64,000 nucleotides of DNA from Carcharhinus amblyrhynchos. Lineage: Eukaryota. The stretch covers positions 6,448,001-6,512,000 of the forward strand of contig OZ336886.1 of NCBI GenBank assembly GCA_965287045.1, given 5' to 3'. The notes beneath the pieces are model-generated. The model saw only the letters and a program-made list of their open reading frames with translations, did no database searches and was not told the origin of the DNA. Positions 12,117-25,014 of this stretch are shown here, in pieces. Position numbers and translations under genes: made by a program. Position 1 is the first letter of the stretch. Each line of letters begins with the position of its first letter.

Positions 12117-12632
12117 ATCTACAAGGCACAAGTCAGGAGTGTGATGGAAAACTGTCCACTTGCCTCGTTGGGTGCAGTTCCAACAACACTCAAGAAGCTC
12201 AACACCATCCAGGACAAAGCAGCCTGCTTGACTGGCACCCCATCACTCCTTCCACCACAATAGCAGTCATGTCTACCGTCTACAAGGTGCATTCAAGGAA
12301 CTCACCAAGGCTTCTTAGACAGCACCTTCCAAACACATGACCACTACTATCTAGAAGGACAAGAATAGCAGATATCTGGGAACACCCGCACCTGGAGGTT
12401 CCTCTGCAAGCCACTCACCATCCTGACTTGGAAATAAATATATTGCTTTCCTTCACTGTCACTGGGTCAAAATCCTGGAACCCTCTCCCTAACAGCACTG
12501 TGAGTGTACCTATGCCACATGGACTTTAATGGTTCAAGGAGGGAGTTCAGCACCACCTTCTCAAGGATAATTAGGGATGGGCAATAAATGCTGGCCTAGC
12601 CAGCAATGCCCACATTCCGTAAATCAATTAAA
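12117..12632 (+). mobile_element. CR1/L2-group LINE 3' fragment
   Basis: atctacaaggcacaagtcaggagtgtgatgga..caaaatcctggaac..gggatgggcaataaatgctggcctagccagc; tail shared with the Meta-type SINEs. Confidence 0.75.
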
Positions 12633-13234
12633 AGCTAGAATCGCCTTGGAAATGACACCAGCTCAAACAGGAGTCCCACAATGACTGCAGTCAGCATCGT
12701 AGCTACACTGAGAATCCTACACCCACATTTCCCCTGCATTACGGAGTGAAGCTGAGATCCTGTTGCACTTTTCAGATATAGCCAATTCTAGTCAATATTA
12801 GTTACATGACGTCAGTTGTGGAGTGTGTTTGTGGGTGGGTTGGGTGCGGGAGGCTACCAGGGTCAATGGGAGCCAGAATGGCATGAGGGGTAGAGTGGGA
12901 AGGATGGAATGGCATAGAATGTGGATGGCACAGAAAGGAAGAGGTGATGTGGAAGAAATAATATGGAATGGTTGATGAGGTGATGGAATTGGTTAAGTAT
13001 ACTAATTTGACTGCACATACCTGGCAGGTCTCAGGGAGTTCTAAATTTGCGCTAGGGCCGCAAATATTTAGCTGAGTTGATCTTTTTTCATTGCAATCAA
13101 CAAAGTGAGCAGCAGATGGCACCATTACAGCATCCTCACACGTCTGGCCAATGCAGTCAAATGTTCAATGATAGATAATCTGCGAGTTAAGCACAAAGTT
13201 CAGAGTTATTTGGGCTCAGGACATAGGCAAAGGT

Positions 13235-15063
13235 AAAGTCATTTGCAATACAAGTTTGGAACGCATAAACAATTACAGGTTCATAGTTCCTTGAAAGTGG
13301 AGTTACAGGTGGACAGAGTGGTGAAGAAGACATTTGGCATTTGATTTGATTGATTTATTATTGTCACATGTATTAGTATACAGCAAAAAGTATTGTTTCT
13401 CACGTGCTATACAGACAAAGCATACCATTCATAGAGAAGGAAAAGAGAAAGTGCGGAATGTGGTGTTACAGTCATAGCTAGTGTGAAGAGAAAGATCAGC
13501 TTAATGCGAGGTAGATCCATTCAGAAGTCTGACAGCAGCAGGGAAGAATTTGTTCTTGACCTCAGGGTTTTGTATCTTTTTCCCAACGAAAGAAGGCAGA
13601 AGAGAGAATGTCCAGGGTGTGTGAAGTCCTTAATTATGCCGACTGCTTTGCTGAGGCAGCGGTAAGTGTAGACAGTATCTACACTCCAGTGTCAGGGAGA
13701 CTGGTTTGTGGGATGGATTGGGCTACACTCACGACTTCTTGCAGTTTCTTGGTCAGAGCAGGAGCCCATACCAAGCTGTGATACAACCAGAAAGAATGCT
13801 TTCTATGGTGCATCTGTAAAAGTTGGTGAGGGTCGTAGCTGACATGCCAAATTTGCTTAGTTTTCTGAGAAAGTAGAGCCATTGGTGGGCTTTCTTAACA
13901 ATAGTGTCAGCATAGGGGAACCAGGACAGGTTATTGATGATCTAGACACCTAAAGACTTGAAGCTCTCAACACTTTCTACTTTGTCTCCATTGGTGTAAA
14001 CAGGGCCATGTTTTCCTTTATGCTTCCTGAAGTCGATGACAATTTCCTCCGTTTTATTGACATTGAAGAAGAAATTGTCAGCGTCGCACCAGTTCACCAG
14101 ATTCTCTATCTCATTCCTGTATTCTGTCTCGTCGTTGTGTGAGATCCGACCTGCATCAGCAAACTTGAAAATCAAGTTGGAGGAGAATTTGGCCACACAG
14201 TCACAGGTGTATAAGGAGTATAGTATGGGGCTGAGAACACAGCCTTGTGGGGTACCGGTGTTGAAAATGATCGTGGAGGTGTTGTTACCGCCTATCCTTA
14301 CTGATTGTGCTCTGTGGGTTAGGAAGTTCAAGGTCCAGTCGCAGAGGAAGGAGCCAAAGCCCAGACCACGGAGTTTGGAGGGAGTTTCATCAGAATAATG
14401 GTGTTGAAGGCTGAGTTGTAGTCAACAAATAGGCATCTGACACAAACTCCTTGGCATGCTTGGTTTCATTGGTTAGAACATTGAATACAGGAGTTGGGAT
14501 GTCTTGTTGAAGTTGTACAAAACCTTAGTAAGGTCACCCTAGGAATACTGTGTACAGATCTGGTCACCCTATTATAGAAAGGATATTATTAAACTAGAAA
14601 GTGTGCAGGAAAGATTTACTTGGATGCTACCGGGGCTTGATGGTTTGAGTTATGAGAGGCTAGATAGACTGGAACCTTTTTCCCCTGGAGTGCAAGTGGC
14701 TTAAGGGTGATCTTATAGAGATCTATAAAATAACGATGGGCGTAGATCAGCTACATAGTCAATATCTTTTCCCAAAGATAGGGGAGTCTAAAACTAGATG
14801 GCATAAGTTTGAGGTGAGAGGGAAGAGAGATACAAAAGGGTCCAGAGAGGCAATTTTTTCCACACAGAGGGTGGTACGTGTCTGGAACAAGTTGCCAGAG
14901 GCAGGTACAATTTTATCTTTAAAAAAAAGCAGTTACATGGGTAAGATTGGTATAGAGAGATATAGGCCAAACACAGACAATTAGGACTAGCTTAACGGTA
15001 AAAACTGGGTGGCATGGACAAGTTGGGCCAAAGATACTGTTTCCATGCTGTAAATTTCTATGA
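13235..15063 (+). mobile_element. CR1 LINE 3' fragment split by a Rex1 insertion
   Basis: gtggacagagtggtgaagaag at about 13310 continues at 14451 (ttggcatgcttggtttcattgg) to a 3'UTR ending ttctatgac. Confidence 0.8.
13341..14450 (-). mobile_element. Rex1/Babar LINE, 5'-truncated, 7-bp TSD
   Basis: ORF 13942-14331 has NTGTPQGCVLSPILYSLYT and KFAD; tail catgtgacaataataaatcaatcaaatcaa; TSD ttggcat at 13334-13340 and 14451-14457. Confidence 0.9.
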
Positions 15064-15299
15064 CTTAGACTCAGTTTCTCTGGTTCCATTCAAGACAACA
15101 GATGGAAAAGCTGTACCACAGGACCAACTCCATCATCATTTCTTTCACCCCAGCAATACTGCTTACATTTCCTTTTTTCCTCCTCTTTCTTCAATTATTG
15201 TATCAAAGTGGAGGCATTGTGCAACAAGATGCTGTGATGCTGATGCACTCATCACACTGCTTCCCTCTTCCACCCTCTGTAAACTTATAAAATTCTGCT

Positions 15300-15790
15300 G
15301 CCCATATTCTAACTCACACTCATTCGTCACCTTACGTTTGATGATTTTTGATTCACGTTTTCGTGTACGTGTTCAAATCCTTCCATGGCCTTGCCACCAC
15401 ACCCTGTGTCCCCACAAAACATGCATGCTTTTCTGTAATCTCCTCCATCCTTACAAATAACCCTCTGAAGTACCCTCCAATTTTGACCTTTTGCAGATTC
15501 CTGATTTGTACAGCACTGCTGTTGGTGACTGCTTTATCTGCCAGGGTGTTAAAGATCTAGAATTCCTTCTCTACCACTCTCAAAAGTTCCTCCCAGGTGA
15601 AACTACAATTTACTTGAGCTTCTCTCTGTCTCACTACATGACTCTCCTCCTTTAAGATACTTCTTACAATCTCTGACTTTGACCAAGCTTTGTCATCTGT
15701 TCCAATATTTCTTATGCAGTTTCAAATTCTGTCTGATTACACTTCTGTGCAGCACCTTGGAACGTTTTGCCATTTTAAAGGGATGTATGT
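15300..15790 (+). mobile_element. Old L2-like LINE 3' remnant
   Basis: gttcaaatccttccatggccttgcc..ctgtaatctcctcca..tttgaccaagcttt..gcaccttggaacgtttt. Confidence 0.5.
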
Positions 15791-16006
15791 TGCTTTGTCG
15801 ATTTGTAAAACCATTTTATTGTAGTTAGTACAAGACATCCACTGTGTGAGTGCGCTAATATGCAAAGTAGGATATCAGAAATGAAGCATCTCCCATTTAA
15901 CTCAGGCATCTATTGAGCATCACTTATGATGAATTAAAGTGAATAGTGTGTCTGGGAATTTTAACAAGATGAATTTTAATTTCTGAAGATTTGGTTTTGT
16001 ATGAAG

Positions 16007-16012
16007 TTTATT
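16007..16012 (-). promoter_or_regulatory. Candidate polyadenylation signal of CABCOCO1
   Basis: First AATAAA I found on the minus strand downstream of the stop codon (about 1.6 kb); a second lies at 15815-15820. No transcript evidence. Confidence 0.3.
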
Positions 16013-16699
16013 AAGCTGAGTTTTAGCTACACAAATTAAAGAAATACTGTACAGAATTCATGTTAAATAAAGTAAACTTGTGCAATAATGGAGCACCTTG
16101 GTAGATTTAACACAGAGCAGGTTGTGATTTATAAAGCTGTGAAGAAACCCCAGTTTGAATTATTGGTGAATAGTTTGCCCAAGTATTCCAAAGAGGAATT
16201 GCACATCAGCAAACCATAGGCACCACAATCAACAAAATCACTGATTTCCCCATGTGTAATTCAGCTGGGCAAGGGTCTGAGCTGGTAGTGCGAAAATTCA
16301 CCTTCCATCAGCTGAAACCCAGGATTAAATGCTGGTAAGTCCTCAGTGTCAGCTATTTTGTGTTTATCAAATCCAATTAACGACTGAAACCTGCAAAACG
16401 TGCAGAAGAAAACAAATATTTTGTTATAAATCACTTAAAACTGGAACGCTGTGACCTTCTTGTCTCTAGCTACAGTGTAAGCAGCGAGCTTCTATTACCT
16501 GCAGGTAAATGAACTGGTAAAATAGTGTGGTCTGGGGTCACGTCATTTCCCAGCATGCTGCACACTCATGCAGTGATGGAAAGTGTCCACTATAGTTTCG
16601 TTAAAATTCAACGAATTTGTGTTTCAATTATGTACAAAGTTCAGGCACCCAAGCGGCCAACAGTTGAATGGCAATCGTATCGTGGTTATTTTACAGGGC

Positions 16700-16995
16700 C
16701 AGTGATGCCACAACCTGGTCAAATCGTCAAGGTAGTGGAAGTTCAGCTGGTAAGTTTAGAATTTAAATTTAAAAAAAAACCCCACCTGTTATGAATAAAA
16801 TCAACCGCGAGTTTGAGGAGCTTGTTCCCTGCTCTTTAGGGATGGAGAACTGCCATCCTAACACAGTCTGGTCTATGTGTGACATCAATTCCAAACTTGA
16901 TCCTGTGCAGCCCTCTGGTCAACCAACTACTCAGTTGGATCAAACAGGATGGGCAATAAATGCCGGCGACACCCACATCCCCAGAATAAATTTTT
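16700..16995 (+). mobile_element. tRNA-derived SINE (Meta-type), within the putative CABCOCO1 3'UTR
   Basis: ctttagggatggagaactgccatcct..gtctggtctatgtgtgac..ggatgggcaataaatgccggcgacacccacatcc. Confidence 0.6.
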
Positions 16996-17586
16996 AAATA
17001 TTGATTTCCATACGAGTTTCCTCAACTTGTAAGTCCCCTCATTCCAAGCTACCCCTTCCCACGTGCTTTGTGTTCAGTCCTTTCCTCCTCGTGACAAATA
17101 AGTCTGAGACTGTCCCCCACGTAAAGAGCACTATCTAGCGAGAAAAACAGCAGCTCCTAAAGAGCAGGGCTGCACCTTGTCCTCTCATGTGGGGAAAGAA
17201 CAAAATAACTCCCTCCACAGGGTGTGCTGCTGAACTTTGTAATTGATCTTTAACATTTTTACCTGAACAACGAGCAAAATAACATCTTGCATTTATATAA
17301 TGCCTTTAGCACAATGAAACATTCTAATAGGACACAATCGTCAGGAAAATAGCCATAGATTGTTTCCATATACAATAAAAGAACACATTACAAAACACAA
17401 ACAGAACAAACAGGAAGCACGGCTCCTCATCCTCTCCTAAGAAAAGTACCAACACTGAACAAAATGAAGACTTTTGAAATCTACCCTTGCTGTCACCTCC
17501 TTTGAAATGATCAGCTGAACATGCAGTATATCCTGCTGGTCTGCAGTGTGCAGAGAAAGGCTGAAATCTCCTCCTATCATGCGTCA

Positions 17587-17658
17587 TTACTTTATCAGTT
17601 TGCTGATTCTCGTACTGTAGGCCTCTTCCTGTTTCTGAAGCTTTTCAATTACCTCCGT
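17587..17658 (-). CDS. CABCOCO1: CABCOCO1 orthologue last coding exon (72 nt including stop)
   Basis: Acceptor attttcacag|A. Translates TEVIEKLQKQEEAYSTRISKLIK* with TAA followed by TGA (cf. [24 protein letters not shown]); coiled-coil-like C-terminus. Confidence 0.9.
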   Translation of the reverse strand, partial: TEVIEKLQKQEEAYSTRISKLIK

Positions 17659-18754
17659 CTGTGAAAATAATAGGAAAGGGTTAATAAACATACCATGATA
17701 TAGTGCACTGTCCCACTGAGGTTTGGTTTAGTCATAGGGTTTCCAGCAGCTTTGACAGTCAGGCAAACTCCCACCTTCCTGTTTTTCATCCTTGGAGGAG
17801 GTGGCCCTGTCTGTATGCATGTGATAACTGTTTATCTTACAGTTCACACACCCTGAATGTATATTGTATCTATTGCGAGCAGTAGGTATAAGGAAGTGAA
17901 TGCTCAGATTAACTGTTACTCGTGTACTTTAAAGGAGAGATATACATACGTTAACTGATATTCAGGCAGGGTTTGGCAACTCAAAGGCAACAAATCACTG
18001 CAAAGAATAATTGTCCAGCAGTCTAAGGCTTGAAAAGAATAGAATGTGACTGCTATGTTCTGAGTGCACAAACATACTTGAGCAGCCATACAGCCTGCTC
18101 ACTATAATCCAACATTGCTTCATTCAAATTCTCTGTCAATTTGAGTCAAAATATGTAACTAAAAACTCCATTTGTTTTATACAAATCACTTAATTTGAGC
18201 AATTGGATAATTTAATTTCTTAGACTCAAAGACCACTTTGAATAAACATGGACTGTACTACGCTTGGCTTTTAAACTCTGACACTTCCCAAAGACACAAA
18301 ATCGCTGCTCATTTGTAAGTCGACAGCTGCAATAATGAATTCGCTGGTTGTACTGTTTGGATTGTCAAACCATGAACTGTTCATTTTGATGGGGACAGTC
18401 AAACTCAAAAAGATAAAACCACTCTTAAATGAGAACTAAATTCATACATTTGAATCACACCAACCTAGGTGCAGCATGAGAAACCTGAATTGAATGAAAA
18501 TTGTACCAATTGATGTAATTAGCTCTGTATCTGTTACCTGGTATGATCAGACTTATAGACTTCAAGATATGGTGAAATTATATATTATAGCTGGATAATT
18601 GTAGAGTGGGCTGGAGAGTTGTATGGCCTGCAATGCTTCTATTTCACAACCTTGTGTTGTTAGAACCATAGAATCCCAACAAGAAAGAGGCTGATCAGCT
18701 CGAGTATGCACTGACTCTCCAAAAGAGCATCCCATCCAGGCCCTACCTTCCTTC

Positions 18755-18852
18755 AACTCTTAAGAAGAGTCATATTCAACTTGAAATGTTAACTATTTCT
18801 CCACAGATGCTGCCAGATTTTCTGAGTATTTCCAGCATGTTCTGTTTTTATT
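18755..18852 (+). mobile_element. Penelope-like terminal fragment
   Basis: agaagagtcat..acttgaaatgttaact..ctccacagatgctgccaga. Confidence 0.6.
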
Positions 18853-18968
18853 GTCCATCTTTTTCTTCTCTTACACTCCTATGAATTGTCTTGGGTCGCT
18901 TTTCTATGCTAAATGTACAATATAAATGCATGCTAAAAAAAGAGACGTGCCGTTGAACCGTTTTGTTT

Positions 18969-18971
<3 letters not shown>

Positions 18972-19027
<56 letters not shown>
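18972..19027. repeat. (GT)28 microsatellite
   Basis: Perfect dinucleotide run; source of the HTHTHT ORFs. Confidence 0.98.
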
Positions 19028-19029
<2 letters not shown>

Positions 19030-19061
19030 GTAGATGGAGCTTGGAAAGGTCCATTTACCTC

Positions 19062-19110
19062 GGGCAGGATTTTCCAGTCTTGTGGCAAACATAGCTGGAA
19101 GATACCACCC
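19062..19110. mobile_element. Short palindromic MITE-like element
   Basis: gggcaggattttccag ... ctggaagataccaccc. Confidence 0.5.
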
Positions 19111-19641
19111 AAAGTACTTAAACAAAAATTGAACAAACTATTTCATGCTGTTATTATAGTGTGGCATTTTCCACTAACAGGATGCTGCTGTCAGTCCTTA
19201 AGAATGTTTAGCTTCCCACATTATTGAGGAACATTAAATATGAATTGCAATGCCAGGCATTTAGGTTGTACATCCCAATAATTGGCTAATTGAATCAAAC
19301 AACATATTTTATTTCAGTTGTTCATAATAGTCAGAATACAGACAGTACCAATCAGCTTGCAGAACCTAAAACAAAACTTTCACTGTTAGATGTGATTCCA
19401 CAATCGAGTAGCACCTGCTGAACAATCCTGAGTGCACTAACAGCTACACTAATAACAAATTGAGGATAAGTGGGTGAGCTTTAACGTGGCTCACTTACAC
19501 TAGCTGGAATGACAGATGATCAGATGCAGAGATCTGTTCTCTGCAAACCTTTAGACTCCCATGGCTTTCTCCATGGCAATGCTTTGGCCAAACAGAATCA
19601 ACTGCCAACTAATCTTTTCTCCTGCATACTAAAGTTTTTGA

Positions 19642-20028
19642 AGTTTGAAGTTATTAATTAGTGTCACAAGTAAGCTTTGGATATACTGAGGGAGAATTTA
19701 GCATGGCCAATCTACCTGTGGGACGGTACGGTGGCACAGTGGTTAGCTGCCTCACAGCGCCAAGGACCTGGGTTCGATTCCCAGCTTGGGTCACCGTCTG
19801 AGTGGAGTTTGTATATTCTCCACGTGTCTGCGTGGGTTTTCCTCTAGGTGCTCTAATTTCCTCCCACAATCTGAAAAACATGCTGGTTAGGTGCACTGAC
19901 CTGAACAGGCACCAGAGAGTGACAACTGAGGGGAATTTCACAGTAACTTCATTGAAATGTTAATGTAAGCCTTACTTGTGACCAATAAATAAACGTTACT
20001 TTAACCAGCACATCTTTCAGACTGTGGG
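19642..20028. mobile_element. HE1-like V-SINE (+, about 19719-20002) nested in an opposite-orientation copy (-)
   Basis: The minus copy breaks at ggccaatctacct| and resumes at |aaccagcacatctttcagactgtggg around a complete + copy. Confidence 0.8.
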
Positions 20029-23000
20029 TAGTGGCTGTTTGAAATTTGGCAATCTTGTATTTGCCTCGAGGGGTGCAAGACAAAATATGTTTACAAAAGG
20101 TCCCTCTTTTCAGCAATATAAATGCAAGTCATGTGATAACACCATGAATACACAAACAATCCATTAATTCTTGATTGGAACAGGAAATCATGTTCGTAGG
20201 AAAAATTGGAGTTAGGCCTACAACACTATAGTGCCAATTCTCAAACCTACATCTGCTTTGAATGTTGTCCCAGACTAAGAGCAGAAGACTCAGTAAATCT
20301 AAAACCAGAAACATTTTCTACTTCATAATGAATAAAAAAATGAAACCACTTCATAAAATGAAGATGGAGATTGGATGGGTTAAACAGATTAGGAAATACT
20401 TTGGTAGATAATACAAGTGCATTTAATAATGAAGAGAAGAGTAACAACTGACAGCTTATTTAATTTGTAGCTTGCAACAGCTTCCAATAAAACCCATTCC
20501 AATTTACTTTGGCAGCACAGCACATATTCAAAACATCTCACCCTTTGCCAAATTTTCAAGTAAAACCAATAATGTTTCTTTTTTGTTCCTTTTCAGAGAT
20601 CACATTGCTGAATAATGTCAAAGTTCATTCAAAGCAAGTCTTTAAACTTGGTAATAATTAATATGTATGTGTCTTGAGTGGAACTCTGTGATGGTGAAGT
20701 CTGGTTTGCCACAGCGGTGTTTTATCTAACAGACCTTCATAACAATAACCTGCATCTACATAACATACCTAACAGAGGTAGAGAGAAAATTCCAAAGCAC
20801 AGGTCATTGGTAGCTGGTTGGTAAACATGTGGCAAACAGAGAAGATATACACAAGAGATAGAAGACTGGAACAGAGAGAAGAAAGGGGGAGTTTGAAAAC
20901 TGGAAGGGGTTATAGGAATATGGAAGGGTGAAGCCTTGGAGAGATTTAAAGAAAAGGACAATAATTTTAAATAAGAGACTTTGGCAGAACAAGAGCCCCA
21001 ATATTAGGAAAGGATTTAATTAAAGGAAAAACTGTGGTTGAGTTAAAGTCATCTTTGGATGAATCTACTAACGTCTAGGCAGTACGCCAAAGAGTTATTC
21101 AAAAACATACAAACTGAAAATGGTGTTATGTTCTGCTTCTTTGGATCGTGATTCAGAGTGAATAAGCTTTCCAAGGAAGACAGCAGTTCTCCAACTGACT
21201 GTTTTCTGCAGCTGTGATTTGGAAGGAACATTTAAAAAAGTAGATAGTTAGAAAACATTGCATATCTACTAATGCCTGACTCAGTAATGTAGAAAAAGCC
21301 CACTGCAGTAACTGGATGCCCTTGTTGGATATTGCAAGTAATGGATTGCCCTTGTTGGATGTTGCAAGTTAGCTCATCAATTGCACTTAAACACACTAAT
21401 TGTGCTACTTAGGGCTTGCCTGCAGGCTGCCACTAACAGGCAGGGTGGATGCTGTTTGGAACAATTTCAAGGTATGCAGCCACTTAAAGTTAGGTGCTAT
21501 TAAGCTTTGGAGAAGGGGGATTATTTTTAATTCTATTACTTCATTTTATGTATTATAAGTGCTGCGTACATGCTAGGCTGAGGGCACAGAATCTGTAAAA
21601 TAATCAAATCCAGCACATGGCTAGTTCTGAGTTCCCTGGATATAGAGTCCAGTACCTGTACTATAAGAAATAAAATCAGGTGTATGCTATTTTGCAAGAT
21701 GGATACCCCTAAGTTGGATAATAATGAAAGTTTGGACCTATTATCAGAGTTCTAAGATAAAATTTACAACATCAGAATTACAAGATGAAAGGCCATTTTG
21801 CCCCTCAAGCCTTTTGGCCATTGAATAAGACCATGACTCCACTGATTGTGGCTTCAACTCCACTCTCCTATCTGGCTCCTTTTACAGGAAAGATTATCAG
21901 TTATATTCCTGTCAGGCATGGTCAGAATTTGGTAGATTTTGGAAAGCATGATTATTCAATGGAGGAGTATATCGTGGATTTTAATAGACTGTTAAACTTT
22001 TGTTAACAAAAGATTGGTGAAATACACCTTCCAAAACCACAATCACTACCATCTAGAAGGACAAACGCAGTTGAGACCTTGGTACTCCACCATCTATAGG
22101 TTCCCCTTTAAGTTGCTTACCATCCTGACTTGGAAATAGATCACTGTTGCTTCATTTTTGCTGGATCCTCCTTGCTCTCCCTGCTGGCCCTGAACCTATC
22201 CTCTGAGATGGTGCTGGATCATCTGACCTCTTCTCTGGCCCGTCTTTGCTCTCAGAGGAGGCTCCCCCTGCTGAACAGAGAAAGCCCATCTACAGAATTG
22301 CAAATGGGGCTGACCCGTGCATGTACTGAGCTTGCAAAGGAGTTGGATATCTCAGAGGGATGTTACAAGACTGAAATGTCCTGGAAAGTCCAAACCATAT
22401 GCCTAAAGCTGAAAAGAAGGCAGTGAAAACATTTGCAATACTCTAGTCTAAGCCCCGACAAATGCTTACCAACTCCTATCAACTCAGAATGGCTTAGCTC
22501 CTGCCCCTTTTTATCCAGCTCTTGGAATACAAAGCGACAAAAAAATTTAGGCTGCCTGCTTGTGTTGCCTTTGCGCCAACCTAAACATCTCATGGACAAC
22601 ATAAAACCCAGGGCAATTAGAGTTTTAATCCTTTAAATGGGCTTCTTAATTGTCAGTGGGCAGGCATCTGTTTGGCACTTGAGCCCACTGAACAAAATAT
22701 TACGCAGGAATGCAATGATGTGGGGATCTATGCCTGAGGTATTCTCAATAATCTTGCAATATCAAGCACTTCTGGATTGGATGCACGCCCGTCCGAGCAG
22801 TGTGAAATTCTGCCCTATGTTTTTCTCAGTCAGCATCAATTATGACTTTCTCAGTCAACATTCCCATGTTACAGGATTTGGCAACCCTTCAGCTTTCTGA
22901 CACAATCTCCGTATCCAAAGATGTTTTAAAAATTGTGGTTGGATCAAAGCCTCTCTGCTATTTCCTGTTGAACATTCTTTGAACATTCTTGGATGCATTC

Positions 23001-23516
23001 CAAGGTACTGGTGCCCTTCCTATTTCTGACTTTTCATGAATATGTTTTCAGTGCTTACTTCCTTTCCTATAATTATTCTGTCGAATTGTTTCTGCTGCTC
23101 GTGTTCTTTCATTTCCACCAGTCACACTCTTCTATGAATACCATGGCAAAGTACTCATTCAGTATCTCCATCACTGTCACGCTTTGTATAATTTCTTATC
23201 TTCTATCAGCCCTACCTATTTCTGAAGTTATTCAATTTCCATTTGTTTATTAAAAAAAAATTATTTTTTTCTCCTTGTTGACCTGCCTTTTGCCACACCA
23301 CTTAGCCTTTTCTGTGTCCACTCTGATTTTCTGTCACATTATATGTCTCTTTTTAAGTGGTATTTCATTTCACTCCACATCCAAGGAACCCTAGTGTTTA
23401 CGTATCACTTCTTGTGGAAGTATGTATGGTGTATTTTCCACTGTGTACTATTTAAAGAATAATTCCCAGTGTCCTGGTCAACATTTTACCCTCAAACAAC
23501 ACGCACAGAACATAGT

Positions 23517-23826
23517 CATAGAATCCCTGCAGTGCAGAAGGTCTGTACTGACCCAGATCCATCTCCCTTCTCTATCCTCTGTTCTAAGATCCCACGTATT
23601 TACCCCACTAATCCCCTAACCTGCACATCCTGGGTCACTAAAGGGAAATTTAGCATGGCCAATCTACCCGACCTGCACATCTTTAGAGTGTGGGAGGAAA
23701 CCGGGACACCCAGAGGAAACTCACACAGACACAGAAGAATGTGCAGACTCCACACAGTCACCCAAGGCTGGAATTGAACCTGGGTCCCTGGCACTGAGGC
23801 AGCAGTGCTAACCACTGCCACTGCCC
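23517..23826 (-). mobile_element. HE1-like V-SINE, tail type a
   Basis: catagaatccctgcagtgcagaagg tail, V-domain and tRNA head. Confidence 0.8.
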
Positions 23827-23899
23827 CACATTCATCTCATTGCTGTTTACGGAATTTGTCCACATGATTTCTTCTCTTTTTAAAATCTATTCTTAGATT

Positions 23900-24160
23900 T
23901 TGAGTAAAAACTATTGGCAGCCAATACTCTCCATCCCTAGCTGCCCTTAGGGCATTAAGTCTGAACAATATTCTGTGGGACTGGACCAGACCAGACTGGG
24001 CAGGGGCAGAACACACCGTTCTCTGAAGAACTTGAGTGGGCACAAAATTTTACAATTCAACTGCTTTCAAGATCTCTGTTTTGAGTCAGCCTGCAAAGCA
24101 TCAGATTTATTTAATTCAATTTTTCAACTTGCCATCGTGAGATCTCGTGATGAAATCTTT
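23900..24160 (-). mobile_element. Diverged tRNA-derived SINE (Meta-type)
   Basis: ccatccctagctgccctt..ccagaccagactgg..aacttgccatcgtgagat. Confidence 0.45.
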
Positions 24161-24338
24161 AATTAAAACTGTGCTTCCTGCTTTCTGTTTTGTCCTTCAC
24201 TTGCCTCTTCTGAAGATTGTCTCATTTTAAGATCTTTAGTTCTCAGACTTACCTAGTCTAAACTACATCTTTGCTCAAGCTATATTAAACCGCCTTCATT
24301 TTGTTCCTCTAGCTCGCTAATTTATTCACAGTAATTTT

Positions 24339-24751
24339 TCTTTCTATCTTTCTTTCTTCTCCTTCAGCTCACTACTTCAAACCTATCTCTTTGATCAGGC
24401 TCTTAATAATCTGTTTGAATATCTCCTTATGTGTTGAAAGGGCCAGGAAAAAAGAGCAGGGATGTACCTCTGAGGCTATATAAGGCTCTGGTCAGACCCC
24501 GTTTGGAGTATTGTGAGCACTTTTGGGCCCCATGTCTAAGGAAGGATGTGCTGGCCTTGGAAAGGGTCCAGAGGAGGTTCACAAGAATGAGCCCTGGAAT
24601 GGAGAGCCTGTCGTGTGAGGAATGGTTGAGGACTCTAGGTCTGTACTTGTTGGAATTTAGAAGGATGAGGGGGGATTTTATTGAAACTTACAGGACACTG
24701 CGAGGCCTGGATTGTGTGGATGTGGAGAGGATGTTTCCACCAGTAGAAAAA
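24339..24751 (+). repeat. Inverted duplicate of 25303-25716 (L2 remnant plus CR1 fragment)
   Basis: Same L2/CR1 junction (tatgtgttgaaagggccagg vs tatgtgtcgaaggggccaag) in opposite orientation; ORFs 24431 (+) and 25274 (-) are paralogous. Confidence 0.85.
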
Positions 24752-25014
24752 ACCGGGCACAACTGCAGTTTGTCAATTTGTATACACATGACACAATCTT
24801 CCTTGTTTAACAATTTACTGATTCTGATCTGCATTCCTCTTTTGCTTTCCCTACATTCCTTGTCCTAATTGCTCTCCTTTCTGCGTCCTCATCTTATTTT
24901 TCCCCCATTCTAACAATAATCTGAATTATTTACACAGCACCATTAATGTAATAAAACGTCCTAAGGTGCTTCACGGGAGCATTAGCGCATCAAAATAAAT
25001 GTCTAGCCACATAA

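Noticed and set aside
18848-19136. HTHTHT-repeat ORFs
   Set aside because: Translation of the (GT)28 microsatellite.
21240-22815. Possible Harbinger-like DNA transposon relic ending aaattctgccc
   Set aside because: Only a weak TIR-like end; no matching opposite end or transposase sequence could be supported by eye.
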